Source: Bacteroidota bacterium
GTDB lineage: Bacteria; Bacteroidota; Bacteroidia; JABEUT01
Reading direction: 5' to 3'
Length of the DNA: 64,000 nt
NCBI GenBank assembly: GCA_013289475.1
Contig: JABCZW010000003.1
Coordinates: forward strand, 17,845 to 81,844
Below are positions 1 to 9,648 of the stretch, piece after piece. Position 1 is the stretch's first letter; every line of letters starts with the position of its first letter. Position numbers and translations under genes: made by a program. The notes below the pieces were generated by a model. The model saw only the letters and a program-made list of their open reading frames with translations. It made no database searches and had not been told where the DNA came from.

Positions 1-1
1 C

Positions 2-130
2 CTGCTCGATTTTTTAAGTGAAACCACTACTTATATTGATGGTAAGACTAACCTGATAAACCTACGCATGCAATATTTTAATGCCATTCACAACCTCAAT
101 TACACAACCGGTATAGATATAATTAAATAA
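2..130 (+). CDS. 3' end of TolC-family outer membrane efflux protein (partial, begins before window)
   Basis: Open frame LLDFLSETTTYIDGKTNLINLRMQYFNAIHNLNYTTGIDIIK* resembles a TolC/CzcC C-terminus; stops 3 bp before the RND adaptor start. Confidence 0.75.
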   Translation: MLDFLSETTTYIDGKTNLINLRMQYFNAIHNLNYTTGIDIIK

Positions 131-133
131 TAT

Positions 134-1231
134 ATGTTACGTAAAATACTCCCGATAATAGTATTGCTAACCTTTCTCTTTGACGGATGCAAAAGAGATG
201 TACCGATAGCAAGCGAACAGCCTACAGATTCAAATTTGGTTGAATTGAATCAAATTCAGATGAAGCAGATTACCATTGACACAGTAAAGATTCAGGAAGA
301 AACTACCGATCTTGTGCTAAGTGGTAAAGTATCTTTCGATAAAGATTATTTATCACCTGTTTACAGCCTTGTAAGCGGAAATGTAATCAAGGTAAATGTT
401 TCGCAAGGTGATTATGTAACCAAAGGGCAAACTCTTGCCATTCTGAAAAGTGGTGACGTTAGTAATTACGAAGGGCAGCATGCAATAGCAGAGGGCCAAT
501 TAAAAACAGCAAAAAGAAACCTGGATATTGCCAGGGAGCTTTATAGCACAAAGGTATATTCGGAGAAAGATGTTATGCAGGCACAAAATGATTATAATTC
601 TGCTGTTGCTAATCTTAAAACAGTAGAAACATATCTCAAAACATATAAAGTGTCCTCTACCGATACTAATGCTTTTTATTCTATCACTTCTCCAATTGAT
701 GGTTATGTGGTATCGAAAAGCATTAATGAAGGAATGAACATACGTCCTGATAACACTAATCCATTATTTACAATTTCATTCCTGAAAACTGTTTGGGTTC
801 TGGCCAATGTTTACGAAAACGACATTCCCCAGGTAGTTGAGGGCGATTCAGCAGATATAACCACAGTGGCATATCCTGATAAAAAGCTTAAGGGAACGAT
901 CTCAAAAATTGCCAATATGCTCGATTCATCTGCCAGTACCATGCAGGCAAGGATAGTACTTGACAACTCAAAAGGCCTTCTAAAATCGGGGATGTTTGCT
1001 ACTGTGAATGTTCATATTGATAAGCATAAAAAAGCAATAGCGGTTCCAAAGGAGGCCCTGGTATTTTACGATAATGATTATTACGTAATGGTATCGAAAG
1101 GCAATAACAAATTTGAAAAGCGAATGATATCTATTGAGGGGACGAACGAATCAATAGCATACGTAACCAAAGGATTACAGCCGAACGAAGTGGTGGTTTG
1201 TAAAAACAGCCTCTATGTATACGGACAATAA
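134..1231 (+). CDS. czcB: RND efflux periplasmic adaptor subunit (CzcB/CusB family), lipoprotein
   Basis: Lipobox-like FDGC; lipoyl-like motif SGNVIKVNVSQGDYVTKGQTL; SPIDGYV; directly upstream of a CzcA-type pump. Confidence 0.9.
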   Translation: MLRKILPIIVLLTFLFDGCKRDVPIASEQPTDSNLVELNQIQMKQITIDTVKIQEETTDLVLSGKVSFDKDYLSPVYSLVSGNVIKVNVSQGDYVTKGQTLAILKSGDVSNYEGQHAIAEGQLKTAKRNLDIARELYSTKVYSEKDVMQAQNDYNSAVANLKTVETYLKTYKVSSTDTNAFYSITSPIDGYVVSKSINEGMNIRPDNTNPLFTISFLKTVWVLANVYENDIPQVVEGDSADITTVAYPDKKLKGTISKIANMLDSSASTMQARIVLDNSKGLLKSGMFATVNVHIDKHKKAIAVPKEALVFYDNDYYVMVSKGNNKFEKRMISIEGTNESIAYVTKGLQPNEVVVCKNSLYVYGQ

Positions 1232-1243
1232 TTGTCGCTTTAA

Positions 1244-4200
1244 ATGAACAAGATTGTAAAGAACATAGTTGCCTTCTCTTTAAAGAATAAAATATTTATT
1301 CTTTTCGCTACGGTTATTATTGGCATACTGGGAGCCATTGCATACAGCAGAACCCCTATTGAAGCATACCCGGATATTACCAATACACAAATAATTATAA
1401 TTACCCAATGGCAAGGAAGGGGTGCGCAGGAAGTTGAAAGACAGGTAACAATACCTATAGAGTTAGCCATGAACTCTGTTCAGGAAAAGACCTCCATTCA
1501 CTCTACCACCATGTTCGGGCTTTCTCAAATAACCATAATTTTTAACGATGGCGTTGATGACTATCACGCCCGCGCTCAAGTAATGGACCTGTTGGGCAAT
1601 GTTCAATTACCTACAGGCGTGCAACCTGAAGTTGAACCGCCCTATGGCCCTACTGATGAAATTTTCAGGTTTTCGGTTGAGAGCAAGTATAAATCAGCAA
1701 TGGAATTAAAGACCATTGAAAACTGGATAATAGAAAGGAATTTAAAATCTATTGAAGGCGTTGCCGATGTAAATACGTATGGGGGCCCGACTAAAACATA
1801 CGAGATTGATGTAAACCCAAATTTATTACGTAAATACAACATAACCGCATTGGATGTATATAATGCCGTTTCGAACAGTAACATAAATGCTGGGGGTGAT
1901 GTAATTGAGCAAGGAGAAATTTCTTTTGTAGTCAGGGGGATAGGATTGCTTAACAGTATTGACGAGATTAAAAATGTTATTGTTAAAAACATGGATGGCG
2001 TACCGCTACTTGTTAAGAACGTGGCAGATGTGCGCGTAAACTATATGCCTCGCCTGGGCCGGGTAGGTATGGATACTGCAAATGATATAGTGGAGGGGGT
2101 TATAGTAATGCGTAAAGGCAAAAATCCGCAGGAAGTATTAAAATCGGTAAGAGCTAAAATCGATGAATTAAATACTTCTATACTTCCGGCTGATGTTAAA
2201 ATTGTTCCGTTTTATGATCGCAATACACTTATAACTTATTGCACCAGTACAGTTTTACACAATTTATTCGAAGGAATTATTCTTGTAATAGCCCTTGTCT
2301 TTTTATTTATGGCCGATTGGAGAGCAACTTTAATTGTAGCCATTATTGTGCCACTTTCTCTCTTATTTGCATTTATATGCATGCTTATAAAAGGCATGCC
2401 TGTAAACCTGCTTTCACTTGGTGCGGTTGACTTTGGTATAATAATAGATGGGGCCGTCGTCCTGGTCGAAGGCTGTTTTGTTATGCTTGACCAGAAATAC
2501 AAGGAACTGGGTAAAGAGAAATTCAATAAGCGGGCAAAAATGGGTTGGATAAAAAACACCACCATGGAAATGGGGAAAGCCATACTCTTTGCGAAGCTTA
2601 TTATTATTACCGCATTAATACCAATCTTTTCTTTTGAAAATGTAGAGGGAAAAATATTTTCGCCTTTAGCTTATACCCTTGGCTTCGCATTATTAGGCGC
2701 CCTTATTTTTACACTCACACTGGTGCCCGTATTGATACATATGTTACTTAATAAAAATGTGTATGAAAAACATAACCCTATTGTTGGTGGCCTTGAGAAG
2801 GGATATATTAAGCTTTTCACCTACACATTTAAGCACAGGCGCACAAGCCTCGCCCTCGCCATATTATTATTGGGAGGAAGTTTATATATCGCTAAGTTTT
2901 TAGGCTCAGAATTTTTGCCGCACCTTGATGAAGGCGCACTTTGGGTAAAGGCGCAGACTCCGTTGGGAGTGGCGCTGGGAAATTCTTCAGCACTGGCAGA
3001 TAGCATGCGCAAAGAATTAAAAAGTTTCAAGGAGGTTAAGACTGTTGTGTCACAAACAGGCAGACCCGATGATGGAACAGATCCTGAATCATTCTCCGAC
3101 ATACAGTGCGATGTTATATTATACCCTAAAGAAGAATGGAAACGAGATATAAGTAAAGATTCGCTTATTGATGAAATGAATGCGCTGCTGGTCAATAAGC
3201 ATACTGGAGTAGTATTTAATTTCTCTCAACCTATACGTGATAATGTAGAGCAAGCTGTATCAGGTATGAATGCTTCACTGGGCTGTCAAATATCAGGCGC
3301 CGATTTTTCTGTATTAAATGAAAAAGCTGCACAGGTTTTTGACACACTAAAAAAAATAAGAGGTGTTGAAGATTTGGGAATACTTCGGAATCTTGGACAA
3401 CCTGAACTTGATATTGACCTTGAGCAGGATAAAATGGGCTTATACGGTGTAAATACAGCAAACGCTAATGCAGTTGTGCAAATGGCTATTGGCGGGCAAG
3501 CTGCAACCCAGGTATTTGAGGGCGAAAGATTATTTGAACTCAGGGTACGTTATGCCCCTGAATTCAGACGTACTCCGGAAGAATTAGGCAACCTTATGGT
3601 GCCAACACTTAATGGTGGCGAAGTGCCTTTGAAGCTTATTTCAACAATCACGCAAAAAACAGGTATAAGCTCAATATACAGGGCAAGTAATCAGCGTGTA
3701 ATTGCAGTGAAATTTTCGGTTCGAGACAGAGATATGGGAAGTGCCATTGCCGAAGCTCAATTAAGAACAAAAAATGTTACGGTTCCCAAGGGCTATAAAA
3801 TAGCCTGGATCGGAGAATTCGAAAGCCAGGTTAGGGCTGTAACCAGGCTTAAAGAGGTTGTTCCTGTAAGTCTGCTCTTAATTTTCCTCATTCTCTTCAT
3901 GACATTCGGCAATTTAAGGGACTCGACCATTATTTTATTAAATGTTCCCTTTGCATTAATCGGTGGAATATTTGCCCTTTTAGTAACCAGTACCAACTTT
4001 AGTATTTCTGCCGGTATTGGCTTTATTGCCTTATTCGGAGTCTGTATTCAGAATGGGGTAATACTTATTGTACAATTCAAACGAAATCTGCAGCAAAAAC
4101 AAAGTTTACTGGAATCAATACATAATGGTGTGCGTGAAAGGGTACGCCCGGTTGTAATGACTGCATTAATAGACATGGTGGGCCTATTCCCTGCGGCAGT

Positions 4201-4360
4201 AAGTACAGGTATAGGATCCGAAGCGCAGAAGCCACTTGCTATTGTAATGATAGGGGGACTTGTTTCAGCAACTATATTAGTCCTGTTAATTTTGCCGATA
4301 ATTTATTACATGGTGTATGCTCCAAAACATCCGCACCAGCCGCATCATACTGAGGCATAA
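1244..4360 (+). CDS. czcA: CusA/CzcA family heavy-metal RND efflux permease
   Basis: 1038 aa; PIEAYPDIT, LGAVDFGIIIDGAVVLVE, GSEFLPHLDEG, RVRPVVMTAL and GSEAQKPLA motifs. Confidence 0.95.
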   Translation: MNKIVKNIVAFSLKNKIFILFATVIIGILGAIAYSRTPIEAYPDITNTQIIIITQWQGRGAQEVERQVTIPIELAMNSVQEKTSIHSTTMFGLSQITIIFNDGVDDYHARAQVMDLLGNVQLPTGVQPEVEPPYGPTDEIFRFSVESKYKSAMELKTIENWIIERNLKSIEGVADVNTYGGPTKTYEIDVNPNLLRKYNITALDVYNAVSNSNINAGGDVIEQGEISFVVRGIGLLNSIDEIKNVIVKNMDGVPLLVKNVADVRVNYMPRLGRVGMDTANDIVEGVIVMRKGKNPQEVLKSVRAKIDELNTSILPADVKIVPFYDRNTLITYCTSTVLHNLFEGIILVIALVFLFMADWRATLIVAIIVPLSLLFAFICMLIKGMPVNLLSLGAVDFGIIIDGAVVLVEGCFVMLDQKYKELGKEKFNKRAKMGWIKNTTMEMGKAILFAKLIIITALIPIFSFENVEGKIFSPLAYTLGFALLGALIFTLTLVPVLIHMLLNKNVYEKHNPIVGGLEKGYIKLFTYTFKHRRTSLALAILLLGGSLYIAKFLGSEFLPHLDEGALWVKAQTPLGVALGNSSALADSMRKELKSFKEVKTVVSQTGRPDDGTDPESFSDIQCDVILYPKEEWKRDISKDSLIDEMNALLVNKHTGVVFNFSQPIRDNVEQAVSGMNASLGCQISGADFSVLNEKAAQVFDTLKKIRGVEDLGILRNLGQPELDIDLEQDKMGLYGVNTANANAVVQMAIGGQAATQVFEGERLFELRVRYAPEFRRTPEELGNLMVPTLNGGEVPLKLISTITQKTGISSIYRASNQRVIAVKFSVRDRDMGSAIAEAQLRTKNVTVPKGYKIAWIGEFESQVRAVTRLKEVVPVSLLLIFLILFMTFGNLRDSTIILLNVPFALIGGIFALLVTSTNFSISAGIGFIALFGVCIQNGVILIVQFKRNLQQKQSLLESIHNGVRERVRPVVMTALIDMVGLFPAAVSTGIGSEAQKPLAIVMIGGLVSATILVLLILPIIYYMVYAPKHPHQPHHTEA

Positions 4361-5547
4361 ATAGCTTTATAGACTTCTTCTGCAATAGTAAAATTACGGT
4401 ACTCTTCAGCCAATGGACGAATTTTAGCATATACTTCCGCCCTACTCTTAACTGAGATAATTGAATCAATCTGTTTTATGGCAGCTTCATATCCTGCATC
4501 GTCAAAAGTTCTAAGAATAGCGCCGGCATTATTTTCTGCAATTATTTCCGAATCGTTTGAAATGTTCTCGGTAATAACTACAGGCAAACCCAATGCCCAG
4601 TACTCTCCATCTTTAATAGGTGAACAATACAGTTTTGTAGGCACAGGTTTAACAGGGCAAATAGCAAAATCGGCAAGGCCTAAATATTTTGCAATTTGAT
4701 TGTGGGGTACAAACAACTTTGTAATTGTACCCGCCGAAATTCCTTGTTTATGAATGTTCTCATAAACATAATTATCCTCCACATTACTCAAAAGCAAGAA
4801 TCGGAATTTATCTTTCCCCCAATAATCCTCACACCTTTTAACAAACCTGAACGATTCTTCTTCCAGGTATATTCCGCCAAACTTACCTGCATACACACAA
4901 ACTATTTTGCCATTAAAGTTAAGCTCACTCATAAGTTGTGCACCCTTTATTGCTTTATCAGAAAAGGAATCAAGGTCAACACAAGCGGGTTTTACAAAGT
5001 AGTTTTTAGCTACGATGCCGTACCTCTTTTGAATATAGTCTTGCATTCCCGGAGCAGCAAAAACAAGATTATCGGCAATTTTGGCCTCTCGCTTCTCAAA
5101 ATAAGAAAGTACTTTATATTTCAGGCCCGACTTAGACCATGTACCATTTTCAACCATGGCTTCAGCATGTGGCTCATAACTGTCAATGGTAAGTTTAAGT
5201 TTCTTATTTAAGAATTTAAGAATTATACCTATTGCACCAGCAGGTGTACACCAGGGATGCAGATGCGTTATTTTTCTTTTTTTAATTAACCTTAAAAGCG
5301 AAAGAATATTTAATCCCCAACCCATAAACAGACCACCATTATTGGCTGGAAGGCTTATAACTATAACAGATCCTTTTTTACTTGCTTTAATCTTACTAAT
5401 ACTCTTATCGACACAAACCAAATAACAAGGCGCTGAAGTGATTTTTTGAATAATTTGTATGTAGGGCAAGGTATACGTCTGAATGAGAGCATCTTCAAAC
5501 TGCCACTGTGTAATAAACAATATCTTGCGCCTATCTCTGATTATCAA
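4345..5547 (-). CDS. Glycosyltransferase, GT4-like (GT-B fold)
   Basis: VYAGKFGG, ADFAICP, SPIKDGEYWALGLPVV motifs; TTG start uncertain. Confidence 0.8.
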   Translation of the reverse strand: MIIRDRRKILFITQWQFEDALIQTYTLPYIQIIQKITSAPCYLVCVDKSISKIKASKKGSVIVISLPANNGGLFMGWGLNILSLLRLIKKRKITHLHPWCTPAGAIGIILKFLNKKLKLTIDSYEPHAEAMVENGTWSKSGLKYKVLSYFEKREAKIADNLVFAAPGMQDYIQKRYGIVAKNYFVKPACVDLDSFSDKAIKGAQLMSELNFNGKIVCVYAGKFGGIYLEEESFRFVKRCEDYWGKDKFRFLLLSNVEDNYVYENIHKQGISAGTITKLFVPHNQIAKYLGLADFAICPVKPVPTKLYCSPIKDGEYWALGLPVVITENISNDSEIIAENNAGAILRTFDDAGYEAAIKQIDSIISVKSRAEVYAKIRPLAEEYRNFTIAEEVYKAIYASV

Positions 5548-5601
5548 GCTAAAATGTTTATAATCTTTGGTGAAGATACGTATTTATAGCGGGCTCTTTG
5601 A

Positions 5602-5609
5602 TATTTTTG
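5602..5609 (+). promoter_or_regulatory. Bacteroidota sigma70 -7 element (TATTTTTG)
   Basis: Matches TAnnTTTG, 17 bp upstream of ATG 5627. Confidence 0.55.
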
Positions 5610-5626
5610 CTTCAGTACAAACAAGC

Positions 5627-6523
5627 ATGGAACCTGAAATTACAATTATAATTCCGGCCTACAATGCATCTGCCTACCTTACCGACAGTGTGTCTTCGGT
5701 TATTAAGCAAACATTTACTTCATGGGAACTCATAATTGTAAATGACGGTTCCACTGATAACACCAAAGAAATAGTCGGTACTTTTCTGACAGACAGTAGA
5801 ATTAAACTTATTGATCAGCAGAATAAGGGTGTATCTGCTGCACGAAATGCGGGCATTACAGATGCAACCGGGAAGTATATGGGTTTTCTGGATGCCGACG
5901 ATTATTTACTACCGAATGCTTTACAACGCAAATACGAAGTACTTAGCAACAATCCGATGATTGACTTTGTTTATTCGGACGTAATAAATTGTGATAGTAA
6001 GTTGAATGAAGTAAAAGTCCAGAAAGGTATTGATTCGGCAAACTTGCTTAAGGAAGCGCTATTATGGCAAAAGGAAGTAATACCTACCCTACCGTCAAAT
6101 GTAATAGGCAAGGCATCACTTTTTAAAGAAAAGCTAAAGTTTGATGTAAACCTGTCAAATTGTGCCGACAGGTATATGAAAATAGAATTAGCAGCTAATG
6201 CAATCGGTGCATATATACCGGAATCACTCGTGAAATACAGGGATACTCCGGGAAGTATGAGCAAAAAAATAGCACTGCTTGAGCATGATGAAGAATATAT
6301 AGCAAAGAAAATAATAGAGACCAATCTTGTCCCTAAAAGTGCTTTCCGAAGAAAAGTAATAGCGAATATTTATTTTACGGTTTCAGGAAGCTGGTACAAA
6401 GATGCCAAAAATCCAGGAAGAGCTATAAGATATTTTTTTAAGGCCTTTGCAGCTTCACCATTTTACATTTTAGGCAGAGCACTACAAAAAATCCCTGTAT
6501 TATTAGGTTTTAGCAGAAGTTGA
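5627..6523 (+). CDS. Glycosyltransferase family 2
   Basis: ITIIIPAYN, IVNDGSTD, GVSAARNAG, FLDADD. ATG at 5627 preferred over GTG 5567 because a TAnnTTTG box lies at 5602-5609. Confidence 0.9.
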   Translation: MEPEITIIIPAYNASAYLTDSVSSVIKQTFTSWELIIVNDGSTDNTKEIVGTFLTDSRIKLIDQQNKGVSAARNAGITDATGKYMGFLDADDYLLPNALQRKYEVLSNNPMIDFVYSDVINCDSKLNEVKVQKGIDSANLLKEALLWQKEVIPTLPSNVIGKASLFKEKLKFDVNLSNCADRYMKIELAANAIGAYIPESLVKYRDTPGSMSKKIALLEHDEEYIAKKIIETNLVPKSAFRRKVIANIYFTVSGSWYKDAKNPGRAIRYFFKAFAASPFYILGRALQKIPVLLGFSRS

Positions 6524-6525
6524 AT

Positions 6526-7653
6526 CTATACCTTCAGATCTCCTTTATATAATAAAATATGTTTCTCAAGCATTTTATCTATATCGAAATTCTGCTCAGC
6601 TAATTGCTTTATCTCTCCTTTCATCTTTTCTCTTAACTCAGGATTATTAATCATCCACTCTATCCCATCAGCCAGGCTTTGCGGGCTTCTGTCTTCAGCA
6701 AAATAACATGTCTCTTTATGTTTCAACACATCGGCGGCGGCACCTGTTTTGGTTGTAACTATAGGCACTCCGTTCGCCATAGCCTCGCTTACAACAAAAC
6801 CAAATGGTTCCATAATAGCTGCATGCACGTATAAATCCATTACACCGTATAGCGATGGAATATCTTTCCTGTTTACCCACCCTGTGAAAACAATATGTTC
6901 ATTCAATTTATACTTATCCACCAAATCCTGCATCTCTTTCTTCTGTTCGCCCTCTCCTATCAATAAAAACTTGAAGTTTATATTTTTTGCTGCCAGAATT
7001 CTTGCTGCTTCAATAATGTACTTATATCCTTTCCATTCAATAAATCGGGCTATAGTACCCAATACAATTTTACCTTCAAGCTCAAATTTTTTCTTGAAAG
7101 ATTCTATAGTTTCCTTATCCTGCCTTGTAAACTCATCAAGCGGAATGCCATTATGTATCATGTATACCTTTGATGGTAAAGCTTTTTCCTTTTCAATTAC
7201 AAATTTCTTTGCCTCTTCACTAATTGCTATAATATGAGTTGCATTGTTATTATTGAATCTATCGGCCCATACCCACTGCGGCGCATATAACCAATGATAG
7301 GCGGTATCCTGTTTACGTATAACTCTGCGTTTTACCCCAGCAAACCTGGCTGCAAGTAAGGCAGGCAAGGAATCATCAAACAGGTGTGCATTTACTACAT
7401 CGGGATTAAGTTTTTTGAAAAGCTTGTATAGCTTAAATAAAGCCTTTATCATACCCGATTTTCTCTTATCACTGTCAAATTCCACCCAATAACATTCACA
7501 GCCACGCAATTCCATTTCCTTCATCATTTCCGGCTTTTCAGGATAAAGAACAATAAATGAAAACTTAATACCTGTATAGTTCTTTAGCCTGTCAGTAAAC
7601 CAGTTAAGGTACGGAACTGAAGAATTATTTGCAATAACATGAACTACATGCAT
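6526..7653 (-). CDS. Glycosyltransferase family 4
   Basis: GTIARFIEWKG, EPFGFVVSEAMANGVPIV (ExF/E-x7-E) motifs. Confidence 0.92.
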   Translation of the reverse strand: MHVVHVIANNSSVPYLNWFTDRLKNYTGIKFSFIVLYPEKPEMMKEMELRGCECYWVEFDSDKRKSGMIKALFKLYKLFKKLNPDVVNAHLFDDSLPALLAARFAGVKRRVIRKQDTAYHWLYAPQWVWADRFNNNNATHIIAISEEAKKFVIEKEKALPSKVYMIHNGIPLDEFTRQDKETIESFKKKFELEGKIVLGTIARFIEWKGYKYIIEAARILAAKNINFKFLLIGEGEQKKEMQDLVDKYKLNEHIVFTGWVNRKDIPSLYGVMDLYVHAAIMEPFGFVVSEAMANGVPIVTTKTGAAADVLKHKETCYFAEDRSPQSLADGIEWMINNPELREKMKGEIKQLAEQNFDIDKMLEKHILLYKGDLKV

Positions 7654-7689
7654 ACTATATTATTTACGCTGACACCCAATCATTTTTAA

Positions 7690-7697
7690 TATTTTTG
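7690..7697 (+). promoter_or_regulatory. Bacteroidota -7 element (TATTTTTG)
   Basis: TAnnTTTG match 7 bp upstream of ATG 7705, implying a very short leader. Confidence 0.55.
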
Positions 7698-7704
7698 CAG
7701 TATC

Positions 7705-8703
7705 ATGAATGTAAGTATAATTATTCCAACCAAGAACCGTGCTTCAATACTCGAAGAAACAGTTTCAAACATTTATGATAAGCAAAAATATCCACTAAAT
7801 AGTTTTGAGGTTATTATAGTAAATGATGGAGATAACTTACCCGAAAACTTAACACAAAGATACCCAAACCTTATAATAATCAAAAACAAAGGTAAGGGAG
7901 CCGCAAGTGCGAGAAATACAGGGGCGCAAGCCGCAAAAAATGAACTATTATTATTTATAGATGATGATATTTTAATTGGTGAAACTTGTATTGAGAAACA
8001 TATTGCACTTCATGCTCAATACCCACGATCGTTAATTTCAGGCTCGCGGCAATATAACCCGGACATACTCCCAATATTTAAAAATATTCCATTTGGCAGG
8101 TATCTTCTCATGCATGATTACAAAACCAAAGAGAATGATTACCAGGTTCAGAATGCCGGGACCAATAAAAAGACTGACAACATTTATTCTCCTGCGTCAT
8201 TAGCAAGTTTTAATTTAAGTATACTGACAAAAGATTTTAAGGAGATTGGCGGGTTTAATGAATCATTTCCATTTGCAGGATGTGAAGATCAGGAACTTAC
8301 TTTAAAGGTTAAAGGAATGGGGTTTCAACTACTATTCGACACATCTAATTTAAACCTTGATAATGACAAACATGTTATAGTAATGAAGAAATGGCTGGCC
8401 CGCCAATACACAGGCGTACAGGGTTTCGTATTGCTTTGTGAGCTTTTTCCCTTCAGAAAAGAAGAACGGCTATATTACGAAAACACTCCTGTAAATAAGA
8501 GTGATTCTTTTAATTTGAAGGTCAAGAAAACTATTAAACAACTTCTATCCGGTAATATCCCATTATCCGTTTTAGTAAATCTTACTTTTTTATTAGAGAA
8601 TTTGAAAGTAAAAGACTCTACCCTATTTAGCCTCTATAATATGTTATGCGGGCTATACCTAAATAAAGGGTTCAGGCATGCGTACAAAACATTAAAAAAT
8701 TAA
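7705..8703 (+). CDS. Glycosyltransferase family 2
   Basis: VSIIIPTKNR, IVNDG, GAASARNTG, LFIDDD, GGFNESF..GCED motifs. Confidence 0.9.
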   Translation: MNVSIIIPTKNRASILEETVSNIYDKQKYPLNSFEVIIVNDGDNLPENLTQRYPNLIIIKNKGKGAASARNTGAQAAKNELLLFIDDDILIGETCIEKHIALHAQYPRSLISGSRQYNPDILPIFKNIPFGRYLLMHDYKTKENDYQVQNAGTNKKTDNIYSPASLASFNLSILTKDFKEIGGFNESFPFAGCEDQELTLKVKGMGFQLLFDTSNLNLDNDKHVIVMKKWLARQYTGVQGFVLLCELFPFRKEERLYYENTPVNKSDSFNLKVKKTIKQLLSGNIPLSVLVNLTFLLENLKVKDSTLFSLYNMLCGLYLNKGFRHAYKTLKN

Positions 8704-8718
8704 CATACGAACTGCCAG

Positions 8719-9606
8719 TTATTTACTTATTGCGTATTTCAAATATGTTTTACAGTACATAATTCTATTACTGCGTGAAGATGAAAATAAAACATTCAGA
8801 CTCTTAACTATGCTATAAAAAAAGGCATAGATACGATTATGGGTTTCGGCCACAAAATCCATTTCATTCTTTATTATACTATCTATTTTAAATATGCTTT
8901 CGCTCACTGATTGCCCCACTAAATGAATAACTTTGGTGCCGGCGTAATAATAAATAGTTTTTCCTATTTTCCAGAAATCATAGCACCACTTCATGTCCTC
9001 GCAATACATAAAATATTTTTCATTAAGTTTTTTACCGGGCAAACTTTTAATCACATCTCTTTTAAACATAAAGAAAGTACCCCAAACCCAATCGGGCATT
9101 ATATCCGTTTCATGGTTAAAATAAAACCCCAGCATAATCTTAGCTCTTTTTTGTCGGGAAAACAACTTATGTAATCTCGTTAATTCAAGTAAATTATTGG
9201 CAATGCCCGGAAAGCAGCTACACTGTCGTTGTACTAAACCATCCGGGTATATTAATTTGCAAGTAATTATTGCTGTCTCAGTACTTAAAAGTTTAAGCTT
9301 TTCATAACACATTAAAACTGAATTCTCTATTAATTCCGTATCACTATTTAGCAACAATATAGCATCTCCTTTCGATACCTCTATACCCATATTATTACCC
9401 TTAGCAAACCCCAAATTTTCGAGATTTTTAATCAAAGTAATACCCGGGAATTCCTTTTTAAATAAGTCAGCATCACATTCTGCGGAACGATTATCCACCA
9501 GAATAACTTCAAAATCTAACCCACTCGTATACCGGTAAACCGACCTGATACACCGGCTTGTTAAATAAAATGTATTATAATTAACTATTATTATAGATAC
9601 GTCCAT
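8719..9606 (-). CDS. Glycosyltransferase family 2 (WbbL/rhamnosyltransferase-like)
   Basis: VSIIIVNYN, VDNRS, NLGFAKGNN, LLLNSD, YFMYCED motifs. Confidence 0.9.
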   Translation of the reverse strand: MDVSIIIVNYNTFYLTSRCIRSVYRYTSGLDFEVILVDNRSAECDADLFKKEFPGITLIKNLENLGFAKGNNMGIEVSKGDAILLLNSDTELIENSVLMCYEKLKLLSTETAIITCKLIYPDGLVQRQCSCFPGIANNLLELTRLHKLFSRQKRAKIMLGFYFNHETDIMPDWVWGTFFMFKRDVIKSLPGKKLNEKYFMYCEDMKWCYDFWKIGKTIYYYAGTKVIHLVGQSVSESIFKIDSIIKNEMDFVAETHNRIYAFFYSIVKSLNVLFSSSRSNRIMYCKTYLKYAISK

Positions 9607-9648
9607 AACACATTCAAAAGTCCTTAAAAGTAACTGAGAATATAATAC

